Shown piece after piece: positions 9,813 through 18,619 of a stretch of 64,000 nt of DNA. This stretch comes from Candidatus Omnitrophota bacterium (GTDB lineage: Bacteria > Omnitrophota > Omnitrophia > Omnitrophales > Aquincolibacteriaceae). The notes beneath the pieces are model-generated. The model did not search any database and was not told the origin of the DNA. It was given only the letters and a program-made list of their open reading frames with translations. The translations under genes were made by a program, and so were the position numbers. Within the stretch, counting starts at the first letter, position 1. Each line of letters opens with the position of its first letter. The stretch is taken from the NCBI GenBank assembly GCA_030698625.1, contig JAUYMS010000035.1:9950-73949 (forward strand). Direction: 5' to 3'.

Positions 9813-11504
9813 ATGAATGATCAGTTCGACAATCAGCTGAGATGGAGGACACGGGTGATCGCTCTTCTTGCGGGCGCGAAGGCGGGCCTTTGCGCCATGG
9901 TCGTCCTGCTTCTGGCATTCTATGGGTTTTTGGCATTTGCCTACCTTCGCCCGGGTGTGCTCGGTGACGGCATTTCTGCGATTTCGCTGTTGGCCGCACT
10001 CGTCGGTATTCCGCTGATTGCCGGATTGATGACTTATGCCGGTCATCGTAATGTGCGCCGTCTCAGCATGGCATTGGAACACCATTACCCGAATTTACGC
10101 GGGCGCATGCTCACGGCTGCCGAGTTGTCGCAAGGGCACAATGGCCGTCAGGAAGATCCTTGGAGACAAGCGCTCGCCAGCAGCCTGATCACAGAGATGG
10201 GTTGTCTGCTCCGCCGCTTTCATTTCGCCAGAGCGTACCGCCCCAAAAAACTGGCAGTCCCGGCGTTAATTTTGATGAGCCTTCTTATCGGCGGGACCGT
10301 TCACGCGACGGTACAGCCTGAGTTTTTTGCAAAGGGGTATCGCCGCATGACCGGTCCCGAAGACGGCGATCTCTTTTCCCACGGTTCCAGAGATTCCTCG
10401 AGACCGTCTTTTACGATCAAGGTTTTCCCGGGTGACTGTAAGGTGATCAAGGGAAATAGTCTTGAAGTGAAGGCAAGCGCGGTGGGCCGCGATCCCGAAC
10501 GAATGGAGTTTTATGTGAAGCACGCCAAGGACCCGAGTTGGCAGGTCTACGGCATGACCTCCAAGGGCGAAGGGAATTTCGAGTTTCTGTGGACCCATAT
10601 TACGGAGCCCAGCCATTACTTCGTCAAAGCCGACGGTGAAACCAGCGCGGTTTTTGATGTCCAACTGTATGAGCCTCTGGGGATGACACGTGTCTTGTGG
10701 AAGCTTCATTTCCCCGAATACATGAATCTTAAAGATCAAACGCAGCTCGGTTGGAAAAGGAAGATTACCTTACCGGAGGGAACAAAAATTGATGTGGCGA
10801 TACAGATGAATCAGCCCGTCAAGGAAGGGCGGCTAATGGTTAAAGGCGGCGATGCGATTGTCATGAAAAAAGATGTGTCAAAAACGGCGCTTGGGGCTTC
10901 GCTCGAAGTTGACGGTGACCTTGTCCTCGATCTGGAAATTCAAGGTGAGAAAGGGGACCCTCTCTTAGGCATGTCCTCCTTATGGATTCAGGCTCTTCCG
11001 GATCTCTTGCCGTATGTTGAGATTTTACAGCCGCAGCTTCAGGGCTATGTTTATCCGACCGAGGAAATTCCTTTTGAGATAAGCGTTAATGATGATTACG
11101 GCGTTAAGTCCGTGACTCTTGTCGTTCATGCCAGGGGCGAAGAGAAGCGCATTGAGTGGATTGCCCCCGGTCAGAATCCCACTGAAACATTGCTATATCC
11201 CGTATTGGAGCTGGAACGATTTCACCTCGATAGCCGGGACCTCGTGTTTGCCTACCTCGAAGTGCTGGACAATAATCCGGCTGAAAATCGCGAACCGGTT
11301 CGATCCGCGATGATGAGCTTCCTTATACGGGATTATGTGGAACAGTTTCGCATGAATGACCCGGCGTCCAGAGACCCGTCGCTAAGAACCATGTTCGAAG
11401 ACCTGCTCGTGGATCAAGAGAAAATTCTGCAGGATACTTGGGATTATCTTTCCATGTCACCTCGCTCGGCGCCCGTTGGTTGGGACGAGGAGGTTGTTGA
11501 GTGA
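9813..11504 (+). CDS. Membrane-anchored DUF4175-like protein (N-terminal part)
   Basis: N-terminal TMs, 'LEHHYPNLRGRMLTA.E', Ig-like strands, 'PD..P.V.I..P', 'DDYGV'. Confidence 0.7.
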   Translation: MNDQFDNQLRWRTRVIALLAGAKAGLCAMVVLLLAFYGFLAFAYLRPGVLGDGISAISLLAALVGIPLIAGLMTYAGHRNVRRLSMALEHHYPNLRGRMLTAAELSQGHNGRQEDPWRQALASSLITEMGCLLRRFHFARAYRPKKLAVPALILMSLLIGGTVHATVQPEFFAKGYRRMTGPEDGDLFSHGSRDSSRPSFTIKVFPGDCKVIKGNSLEVKASAVGRDPERMEFYVKHAKDPSWQVYGMTSKGEGNFEFLWTHITEPSHYFVKADGETSAVFDVQLYEPLGMTRVLWKLHFPEYMNLKDQTQLGWKRKITLPEGTKIDVAIQMNQPVKEGRLMVKGGDAIVMKKDVSKTALGASLEVDGDLVLDLEIQGEKGDPLLGMSSLWIQALPDLLPYVEILQPQLQGYVYPTEEIPFEISVNDDYGVKSVTLVVHARGEEKRIEWIAPGQNPTETLLYPVLELERFHLDSRDLVFAYLEVLDNNPAENREPVRSAMMSFLIRDYVEQFRMNDPASRDPSLRTMFEDLLVDQEKILQDTWDYLSMSPRSAPVGWDEEVVE

Positions 11505-14380
11505 GGCGGCCCATTCTCCTTTCTCTTTTCGCTCTGATGGCAGTGAGTTGTTTGTCGGGTGTCCGTGGCTATGCCGGGGATGTTGCGCCGGAGCTCTTGC
11601 GTTTGAAAGAACGACAGGAGTCTGTTTTGCGGGCCCTTAAGGAGCGGACTCGGGAAGTCGAGAAGAAATTCCCCTATGTGGTGAAAGCGAACGAGAAGCT
11701 CTTTGAGCGCATCCGGGAATCCCAAGACATTCTGGAGAATTCCTTGCTGGCGTTGGGCGCAGAGAATGCGATGGAGTCATTTCAGTATCAAGCCGATTTC
11801 TTCTCGGAAGCCGCTAACATCTTTGTCGAAGGGATCAACTTCATAAAGGATACCGATGATGAGCATAGCCCGCCGATCGGGACATTCCTCGATAAGAAAG
11901 GCAAGCAGGTTCGCTATCCGAGAGAAAAGAAAATGCTTCTCGGCGAGACGCCGTTCTACGAAGCGCAGAGCTTTGAGGAGGCGGATCTCATTACGCTTTC
12001 GGCTAAAGACAAAGGCCTTTCCGAGCCGGAGAAGGACTCCTATCTTGAGGCCCTAGAGGCACAGTTTGACAAGCTCTTTCAATCGAAGGAAAAAGGAGAC
12101 CTTGAGTTCGTAGGGGCTGGCGATGACCAGCCCGCCGGAAACATGGCGATCTTGAAAAAGGAAACAAGCGCTTCCATTGCCGGCCAGGGAAGTGATCATT
12201 CCGGTTCGGAAAATGAAGCGGGTGGTTTTGAACTAACAGAAGGTGAACAAAAGGGAAATGCCGGTAGAGGTGCCGGCGCGAATCTCGGCGGCGCGTTTGT
12301 CCCCGAAGCCGGGGGCGGAGGTTTCAAAGGGGAGCGTTCTGACGGTGATTCCGACGATGGCGGTAAAGGTGAAACGAAAGCGAAGGTTGCCACCGCCAGT
12401 TTGCTTTCGACGGATAAAAAGGCTGCGGCCGGAAATGCCGGAAGCGGTTCGGGATCGGGCAGCGGAGGCGGCGGTGGAAGCGGAGACGTCGCCGGAGGCG
12501 GTGCCGACGACGGTGCTGGGAAGGGTGATAACAATGAAGTCGTGCTGACTGCAGGAGGCGGCCTCGGCAAAGTCAGGCTCGGAAGTGCCGGCGACGGAAT
12601 TGTCCCTGCGCACTCCGGGGATGATTCGGGTATGGGTGCGGCTGCGGTTCCTGGCGCTGCTGGAATGGCGGGTGAAACATCCGGAGATGGATCTGGTTCA
12701 GGGAGCGGATCCGGCGAAGCGGCGGGTGCGGGAGCGTCAGATGGAGCGGGAAGTGGTGCCGGGGCGTCTGCCGGTGCTGGAAGCGGTGCGGGGCAGAATG
12801 AGAGTGGAGATGGCTTCGCAAAAAGTGATGCCGCAGGTGCGGGAGCATCAGATGGAGTGGGAAGTGGTGCCGGGGCGTCTGCCGGTGCTGGAAGCGGTGC
12901 GGGGCAGAATGAGAGTGGCGATGGCATCGCAAAAAGTGATGCCGCGAGCGCGGGCGCGAGTTCCGGAGATGGAGCCGGTGCAGGGAGCGGATCCGGCGAA
13001 GCGGCAGGCGCGGGAGCATCAGATGGAGTGGGAACTGGTGCCGGGGCGTCTGCCGGTGCTGGAAGTGGCGCGGGCCAGGCTGAAAGTGGCGATGGCATCG
13101 CAAAAAGTGATGCCGCAAGCGCGGGCGCGAGTTCCGGTGATGGTGCGGGTGACGCGAGCGGATCGGGAAAAGGAGCCGGAGACGGAAGCGGTGACGGTGC
13201 AGGCGGCGCAGGCCAGGACAAAAGTGGCGACGGCCGCTCCAAAAGTGATACTGCAAGTGCGGGTGCCGGAGCGGGCGATGGAAGCGGTGCCGGAAGTGAC
13301 GGATATGCAGACGCCGAGATAAACGGTTTAGCTGAATCGAGCGGAGATAGCTCGAAAAATGCCTCTGCAGGAACGGCAGATGGATTAGGGAGTAGTGCGG
13401 GCAATACCGATGGTGACGGAGTCGGTGCCAGAAGCGCTGCTTTAGGCGCGGGAGACGGTATCGGTTCAGGTCTCGCAGGCGGTGGCGCAGACGGCTTTGA
13501 CGAAACTGATGCGGGAGACGCGACGCCGGGACATGCAAGCGGTGCTTCAACCGGCCAATCTTCCGGCGGAGTTTCGGGTGGCATGGGCAGTGACGGACAA
13601 ACCGAAGCGGGGGCCGGGAGTGGCGCGAGTGGTGCGGCGGCAGGTGCCGGGCAGCAGGGAAGCGGGCAGTCACAATCCGGCGCGGAACAGAGTGGGGTGT
13701 CCGGTGCGGCCGCAGGGCAAGGTTCCGGTGGAAGCGGCAGTCCGGCAGGAAGCGGCAATGCTGATGCCGCGACGGACAACGGGTCGAGTGCAGGGACTCA
13801 AGGGCCGAGTGGTTCGGCCGGTAGTGCGCAATCATCAAGCCCCGATGCCAAAGAGGCGCAGCTGACCGAAGCAAGACAGAAGCTCAAACCGCAAGAGGCC
13901 GAACAGGAAGACGATATTCTTCAGCAAGAGCAGACCGTAGAAATGATCCGTGACTGGCTGTTGCAGGAAAGATTATTGATTCAGGAGATCAAACGTTTTA
14001 AACCGGTCAAGCAGGAGAATAATCCGAATCCGGAATGGGAATATTATCTCCTCCGTCAGAAACAACTCCTGGTTCAGCTCAAACAGCTGCGCCGCCGTAT
14101 CGAGTTCCTGGGAAAGAAAGATGAATACTTTGTCGATTTGCGAAAAGTTTCGCACATAGCGAACCGTCTCCTGGAACTTATGAATCGCGGTGAGTATACC
14201 GAATACCGGGCCGGGGCAAAGGTGTACGAAGATCTTATGGATGCCATGGAGACAATAGAACCCGCCCACGATGCGAAGGATGCCGAGCTGAAGTCTTATC
14301 GTTCGTCTTCCGATGAGGAAGTGCCTGAGGCATACCGAACGATGGTGGCGCGGTATTTTAAACTCCTGTCAGAGGAATAA
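11501..14380 (+). CDS. Secreted protein with a ~500-aa Gly/Ala/Ser-rich repeat region and a DUF4175-like C-terminal motif
   Basis: Signal peptide; low-complexity centre; ends 'VPEAYRTMVARYFKLL'; GTGA overlap with the upstream gene. Confidence 0.75.
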   Translation: MRRPILLSLFALMAVSCLSGVRGYAGDVAPELLRLKERQESVLRALKERTREVEKKFPYVVKANEKLFERIRESQDILENSLLALGAENAMESFQYQADFFSEAANIFVEGINFIKDTDDEHSPPIGTFLDKKGKQVRYPREKKMLLGETPFYEAQSFEEADLITLSAKDKGLSEPEKDSYLEALEAQFDKLFQSKEKGDLEFVGAGDDQPAGNMAILKKETSASIAGQGSDHSGSENEAGGFELTEGEQKGNAGRGAGANLGGAFVPEAGGGGFKGERSDGDSDDGGKGETKAKVATASLLSTDKKAAAGNAGSGSGSGSGGGGGSGDVAGGGADDGAGKGDNNEVVLTAGGGLGKVRLGSAGDGIVPAHSGDDSGMGAAAVPGAAGMAGETSGDGSGSGSGSGEAAGAGASDGAGSGAGASAGAGSGAGQNESGDGFAKSDAAGAGASDGVGSGAGASAGAGSGAGQNESGDGIAKSDAASAGASSGDGAGAGSGSGEAAGAGASDGVGTGAGASAGAGSGAGQAESGDGIAKSDAASAGASSGDGAGDASGSGKGAGDGSGDGAGGAGQDKSGDGRSKSDTASAGAGAGDGSGAGSDGYADAEINGLAESSGDSSKNASAGTADGLGSSAGNTDGDGVGARSAALGAGDGIGSGLAGGGADGFDETDAGDATPGHASGASTGQSSGGVSGGMGSDGQTEAGAGSGASGAAAGAGQQGSGQSQSGAEQSGVSGAAAGQGSGGSGSPAGSGNADAATDNGSSAGTQGPSGSAGSAQSSSPDAKEAQLTEARQKLKPQEAEQEDDILQQEQTVEMIRDWLLQERLLIQEIKRFKPVKQENNPNPEWEYYLLRQKQLLVQLKQLRRRIEFLGKKDEYFVDLRKVSHIANRLLELMNRGEYTEYRAGAKVYEDLMDAMETIEPAHDAKDAELKSYRSSSDEEVPEAYRTMVARYFKLLSEE
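12680..13270 (+). repeat. Imperfect coding tandem repeats (37-aa / 111-bp core unit, 3 clear copies plus 1 degenerate)
   Basis: GGGGCGTCTGCCGGTGCTGGAAG recurs at 12761, 12872 and 13043 (spacings 111 and 171 bp). Confidence 0.9.
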
Positions 14381-14390
14381 AGCCTAAACA

Positions 14391-16625
14391 ATGAAAATTC
14401 AATTTCTAAATGAAATATCAACGACGGGACTGTTCGGGTTGCTGGCCGTCATCGCATTTTCGTTGTTGTTCGCCTTCCACCGGTTTTCGGTTCCTACGCG
14501 CTTGCAGACGCGGTTGATCTTAGCGGGGCTGCGGACATTTCTTGTGCTGATCATCCTCTTCATCTTGCTCGACCCGTTTTGGGAGAAGACGCGAGACTCC
14601 GACTGGGTAGGCGTTTTAATCGATACCTCAGAGAGTGTCAATGTCCGCGATCCTCAGTCCAAGGCATCCAGGATTAATCTGCTCAAGGATTATCTGTTAG
14701 GGGATTCGTATTGGAAAAACCTCGAGAAAAATAAACTGCGCCAATTTCATACCTTTGATTCCGGCGTTCGCGAGAATGTTCATGCAAGCGACATTTCAGG
14801 CCGTACTAAACCAAGCAATCTCATTTCGGCGGTGCGCGAGATCGAAGGGCGGTACGGCGAAGACCCTGATCTCCTTGGGTGGATTTTATTTTCTGATGGT
14901 GCTGCAACGGATTTTGACGGAGAAGTCCGAGAGTCCCTGCCGGAAACGAGTTTTCCTTGGATCACGGTGGGTTTGGGGCAAGCGGGTGAGGCGCCGAATC
15001 TGCGATTAGAGGCTCCCGATGTCCGAGAGAGCGTATTTGTCGGCGAAAGAGTCCCTCTTAGGGCGCGGTGGATTTCGACATTTCGTTCGCCTCCCGAGAC
15101 GATCCTTTCGGTTCGCTTGAATGGACAAACGGTCTATGAAAAGAAGGTAAAGACCGAAGCCGGCGAGGCAGAGCTTGAAATCGAAATCCCAACCAAGGGA
15201 AGTCATGCGTTGGATCTCGAATTGAAGCCGCTCCCCGGAGAGGGAACCAAAACAGACAACAGCGTGCGGTGGTGGCTTGAGGCTGCTCCCCGGAAGATCC
15301 GCGTTTTTTACGCGGAGTCGTTTTATAAAACGGATAATCTCTTTAAAGAAGCTTTGGAAGCGGACAAAGATTATGAAGTCACGTTTGCTTCGAGTCTTCT
15401 TGGATTTTCCCGCCAGCGGGCAGTCCCGTTTATTAAAGATCCGTTATACGGATTCCCTAAAACGCGCGAAGCATTGCTTGATTACGACGTCATCGTTCTC
15501 AGTGACGTAAAGCGTAGTCTCCTCAGCACCGAACAGATCGAATGGGTTCAGGAGCTCGTCTCTGAACAAGGGGGGGCTCTGGTGATGATCGGAGGCATTG
15601 ACTCGTTCGGCGACGGAGGATATGTCGGCACCAAGATCGAGGACATGCTTCCCGTAGGGATCAGCGAGGAATATCAGAAGGATGTTTATCTGGCGGCACG
15701 AGGTACCGTTGAAGATCCCTTCCGTCCGAAGATCGCCGAAGGCGCGGCGGCGCACCCTTTCTTGAAACTAAGCGAACACCCCGGCGACAATCTGAAACTC
15801 TGGAAAACAGTTCCTCTCTTGGGTGGTTATAACTATGTGGGCCGTCTCAAACCGGGTGCCACGGCACTGCTTGAGCATCCTGTTGACGAGAGTGCATTCG
15901 GGCCGCGAGTGATTATGGCCGTGCAGAATTTCGGCCGCGGTAAGGTGTTGGCCTTTACCTCGGACATTACCTATAACTGGGGACAATGGTTCCAGGCCTG
16001 GCGCGATGAGTCCGACCGCTGGGTCTTTGCCGATTTTTGGCGTCACGCCTTGAAGGGGCTGACGGAAAACAGGATGGCCTATAAAACGCATGCCTTACAG
16101 CTCGAACGCACGCCGCAATTGGCAGACAGCTCACAACCCCTTACCTTTAAGACAACTTTGCCGGCAAGCGCCGCGAATCTCGCTTCGGGAACCCTGCAGT
16201 TTGAATTGCTCAAGAACGGTAAGCGGGAACGCTTCGAAGAAATCGATGCCTTCATGTTCCAGGAGAAACTGTCCTGGGCGACTTCGGCGCTTGAAGAAGG
16301 GGATTACCGGTTGCGCGTTCTTTATGCCCCTCCGAATAGTGCCCCGGTCGCCAAGGAGATGCCCTTTACCGTACATATGTCGCGCGAGGAATCCCATCAC
16401 TTGGAATTTCAACCCGACGTCTTGAAGAAGTTGGCCGAACACTCAGGCGGTGTCTATCTTCCCTTTTCCGATATCGCTCAGCTTGCTGATGCCACGAATC
16501 AAATCGGCAGGCTGCGTCTGCATTTCCACTCGACCCCATTCTGGAATCAACCTTGGATTTATGCCCTTCTCCTGGGGATATTGTCATTCGACTGGTTTCT
16601 GAGGAAAAAGACGGGGTTGGAGTAA
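14391..16625 (+). CDS. vWA plus glutamine-amidotransferase-like (DUF1355-type) membrane protein
   Basis: 'LIDTSES', 'LFSDG', 'L..YDVIVL', 'GGALVMIGG..SFG.GGY..T.IE..LPV', 'G.GKV.AF..D', C-terminal 'W..RKK.GL'. Confidence 0.8.
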   Translation: MKIQFLNEISTTGLFGLLAVIAFSLLFAFHRFSVPTRLQTRLILAGLRTFLVLIILFILLDPFWEKTRDSDWVGVLIDTSESVNVRDPQSKASRINLLKDYLLGDSYWKNLEKNKLRQFHTFDSGVRENVHASDISGRTKPSNLISAVREIEGRYGEDPDLLGWILFSDGAATDFDGEVRESLPETSFPWITVGLGQAGEAPNLRLEAPDVRESVFVGERVPLRARWISTFRSPPETILSVRLNGQTVYEKKVKTEAGEAELEIEIPTKGSHALDLELKPLPGEGTKTDNSVRWWLEAAPRKIRVFYAESFYKTDNLFKEALEADKDYEVTFASSLLGFSRQRAVPFIKDPLYGFPKTREALLDYDVIVLSDVKRSLLSTEQIEWVQELVSEQGGALVMIGGIDSFGDGGYVGTKIEDMLPVGISEEYQKDVYLAARGTVEDPFRPKIAEGAAAHPFLKLSEHPGDNLKLWKTVPLLGGYNYVGRLKPGATALLEHPVDESAFGPRVIMAVQNFGRGKVLAFTSDITYNWGQWFQAWRDESDRWVFADFWRHALKGLTENRMAYKTHALQLERTPQLADSSQPLTFKTTLPASAANLASGTLQFELLKNGKRERFEEIDAFMFQEKLSWATSALEEGDYRLRVLYAPPNSAPVAKEMPFTVHMSREESHHLEFQPDVLKKLAEHSGGVYLPFSDIAQLADATNQIGRLRLHFHSTPFWNQPWIYALLLGILSFDWFLRKKTGLE

Positions 16626-16670
16626 ACGGCAGTAGGTGTATAATATCCGCTTCAAATAAAGGAGTTATTC

Positions 16671-17459
16671 ATGAAGATCCTATCCGCGCTGATTTTGTTT
16701 GCAGTCATTGTAATGCCTTCCGTCCACGCTCAAATTCAAGCGTATGACGTAGAGTACTCGGCGGGCGGTGATATTCCGCTGCGCGGTTATTTGGTTTACG
16801 ATAAAGACCTGACAGAACCGACGCCGGGTATTTTAGTCGTGCATGAGTGGTGGGGCCAGAACGACTATGCGCGGAAGCGTGCCTGGATGTTGGCGGAGCT
16901 TGGATATACCGCTTTGGCCATCGATATGTACGGAGAAGGAAAGGTTGCGACTCATCCGAAGGATGCGGGGGCGTTTGCGGGGGAGGCGAAGGCAAACATG
17001 GATGTTGCGCAGGCACGGTTTAAGGCGGCCTTGGACGTGCTGAAAAATTATAAGGGAACCGATCCTGATAAGATTGCAGCCATTGGTTACTGTTTCGGCG
17101 GTGGTATTGTCCTTGAGATGGCGCGTCGGGGTATGGATATTGCCGGTGTCGTTAGTTTTCACGGTTCTTTGGCAACTGAGAATCCGGCTGTACCCGGAGC
17201 CGTAAAAGCAAAGGTCCTTGTATTACACGGTGCCGATGATAAGTTTATTCCGCCCGCACAGGTTGAAGCCTTTAAGAAGGAAATGGAAGATGCCGGTGTC
17301 GATTACCGGTTTATTAGCTACGAAGGCGCTACCCACAGTTTTACCAATCCCGCAGCCGACGAGCTTGCCCGCGAATTCGAACTTGATGTCGCTTATAATC
17401 CCCAGGCCGACCACGAATCTTGGCAGGCCCTGCAGGATTTTTTTGAGAGCCTCTTTTAA
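16671..17459 (+). CDS. Dienelactone hydrolase family protein (secreted)
   Basis: 'VVHEWWG', nucleophile 'GYCFGG', 'SFHG.L', 'HGADD', 'HSFTNP'; AAGGAG RBS and TATAAT upstream. Confidence 0.94.
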   Translation: MKILSALILFAVIVMPSVHAQIQAYDVEYSAGGDIPLRGYLVYDKDLTEPTPGILVVHEWWGQNDYARKRAWMLAELGYTALAIDMYGEGKVATHPKDAGAFAGEAKANMDVAQARFKAALDVLKNYKGTDPDKIAAIGYCFGGGIVLEMARRGMDIAGVVSFHGSLATENPAVPGAVKAKVLVLHGADDKFIPPAQVEAFKKEMEDAGVDYRFISYEGATHSFTNPAADELAREFELDVAYNPQADHESWQALQDFFESLF

Positions 17460-17710
17460 GCTCCCCTAGGGCTTTTGCCTTCCTCAAGCTGCGAACTTTA
17501 AATCCTTAATAAATCCTAAGGGACTGTCATATTGAGACATGGAAAGATAGCACTGCTTTAATAAGTAATTAACTAGCAATATATATCATTATAGACTATT
17601 GAATGTCATATATTTCTGTGTATGCTTTGGTTATAGGTTGAAAAGGTTTGTCTCGGAGGGTGAGCATAAGGATTTCGGAGAAGCAAAACAGAAGACCACG
17701 AGGTGCGGAC

Positions 17711-18547
17711 ATGGAAGCAAAGCGAAACATGACGTCCCACATTAAAGCATGGATAGCCATGATAGTGGTCTTTACTCTAGTTTGTTACTCACCGGCCATC
17801 GCTTTCGCCGAAGCCCCCGAAACTTCAGCCGATTTTCACAGCACTCAAAGTAACAGCCTAGCCGCTCTCGACCAGGCGGCCGCTCAACTAGGCTTGGCCA
17901 TGTACCTGCATAATCAAAATTACGGCGTTAACGGCGGTACCAATAGACAGCGGTTGCTGGGGGAACTGGGCAAAGTAACCGAAGAGACTGAGGCCGTCCG
18001 CAAGAATGGCAGCCACGTTATTCCTGTTGAGATATTGAAAGTCCAAATGACTCTGGGGCGTGATATCCGCGGTGCGATTAAAGAGTCTGCGGAACATGTA
18101 AACCAAGGTTTTCGTCTTGGGCAGCCAAGGCTCGTGGATCATGAGCTCGATGATGTCATGAATCCGGGATGGAATAAAATGTCGGATCAAGCCCGCGATA
18201 CACTGAAAGCAGTGCAGGCACGTCTGCGCGATCGCGGCAAAAAAGATAAAGAGGACGGAGAAGATTCTGAAGGGTCGGAGCGTGGCTTGAAAAATGCCCT
18301 GTCGCGTGTTGAAGCTGCCAGGGCAAGAGCGACCAATGAAAGAGCGGGATTGGTAGCGAGCAAGGTTCTCGCGGGGCTTCTCTCCGATGCCAGGAACCAA
18401 GGGATTCAAGAGATTGCCAGGACAGCAGCGGCTGCAGCCGGAAATGGCCGGCGGGGGAAGGGGAGACCGGCAGGTGTGGGCGGTGGTCCTCCGGCAGATC
18501 CTCCAGGCGGTGGTCCTCCCGCAGGTAAAGGCGGGGGAAGGCCTTAA
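17711..18547 (+). CDS. Secreted hypothetical protein with a Gly/Pro-rich C-tail
   Basis: GAGGTG RBS, signal peptide (AFA|E), helical body, tail 'GGGPPADPPGGGPPAGKGGGRP'. Confidence 0.65.
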   Translation: MEAKRNMTSHIKAWIAMIVVFTLVCYSPAIAFAEAPETSADFHSTQSNSLAALDQAAAQLGLAMYLHNQNYGVNGGTNRQRLLGELGKVTEETEAVRKNGSHVIPVEILKVQMTLGRDIRGAIKESAEHVNQGFRLGQPRLVDHELDDVMNPGWNKMSDQARDTLKAVQARLRDRGKKDKEDGEDSEGSERGLKNALSRVEAARARATNERAGLVASKVLAGLLSDARNQGIQEIARTAAAAAGNGRRGKGRPAGVGGGPPADPPGGGPPAGKGGGRP

Positions 18548-18619
18548 CGGGCCGTTGTCCGGGAACATTTTCATTGTGTCTTTCTTGCGGGGTAACTGCC
18601 GATCAGGCAATGTGAGAAT

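Noticed and set aside
12680-13270. Repeats considered as a CRISPR array
   Set aside because: Period is a multiple of 3, there are no unique spacers, they lie in-frame within a CDS, and no cas genes are present
12196-13874. Long antisense and alternate-frame ORFs (527, 433 and 245 aa) over the Gly-rich region
   Set aside because: Shadow frames of a GC-rich, low-complexity coding repeat; the plus-strand ORF fits the operon
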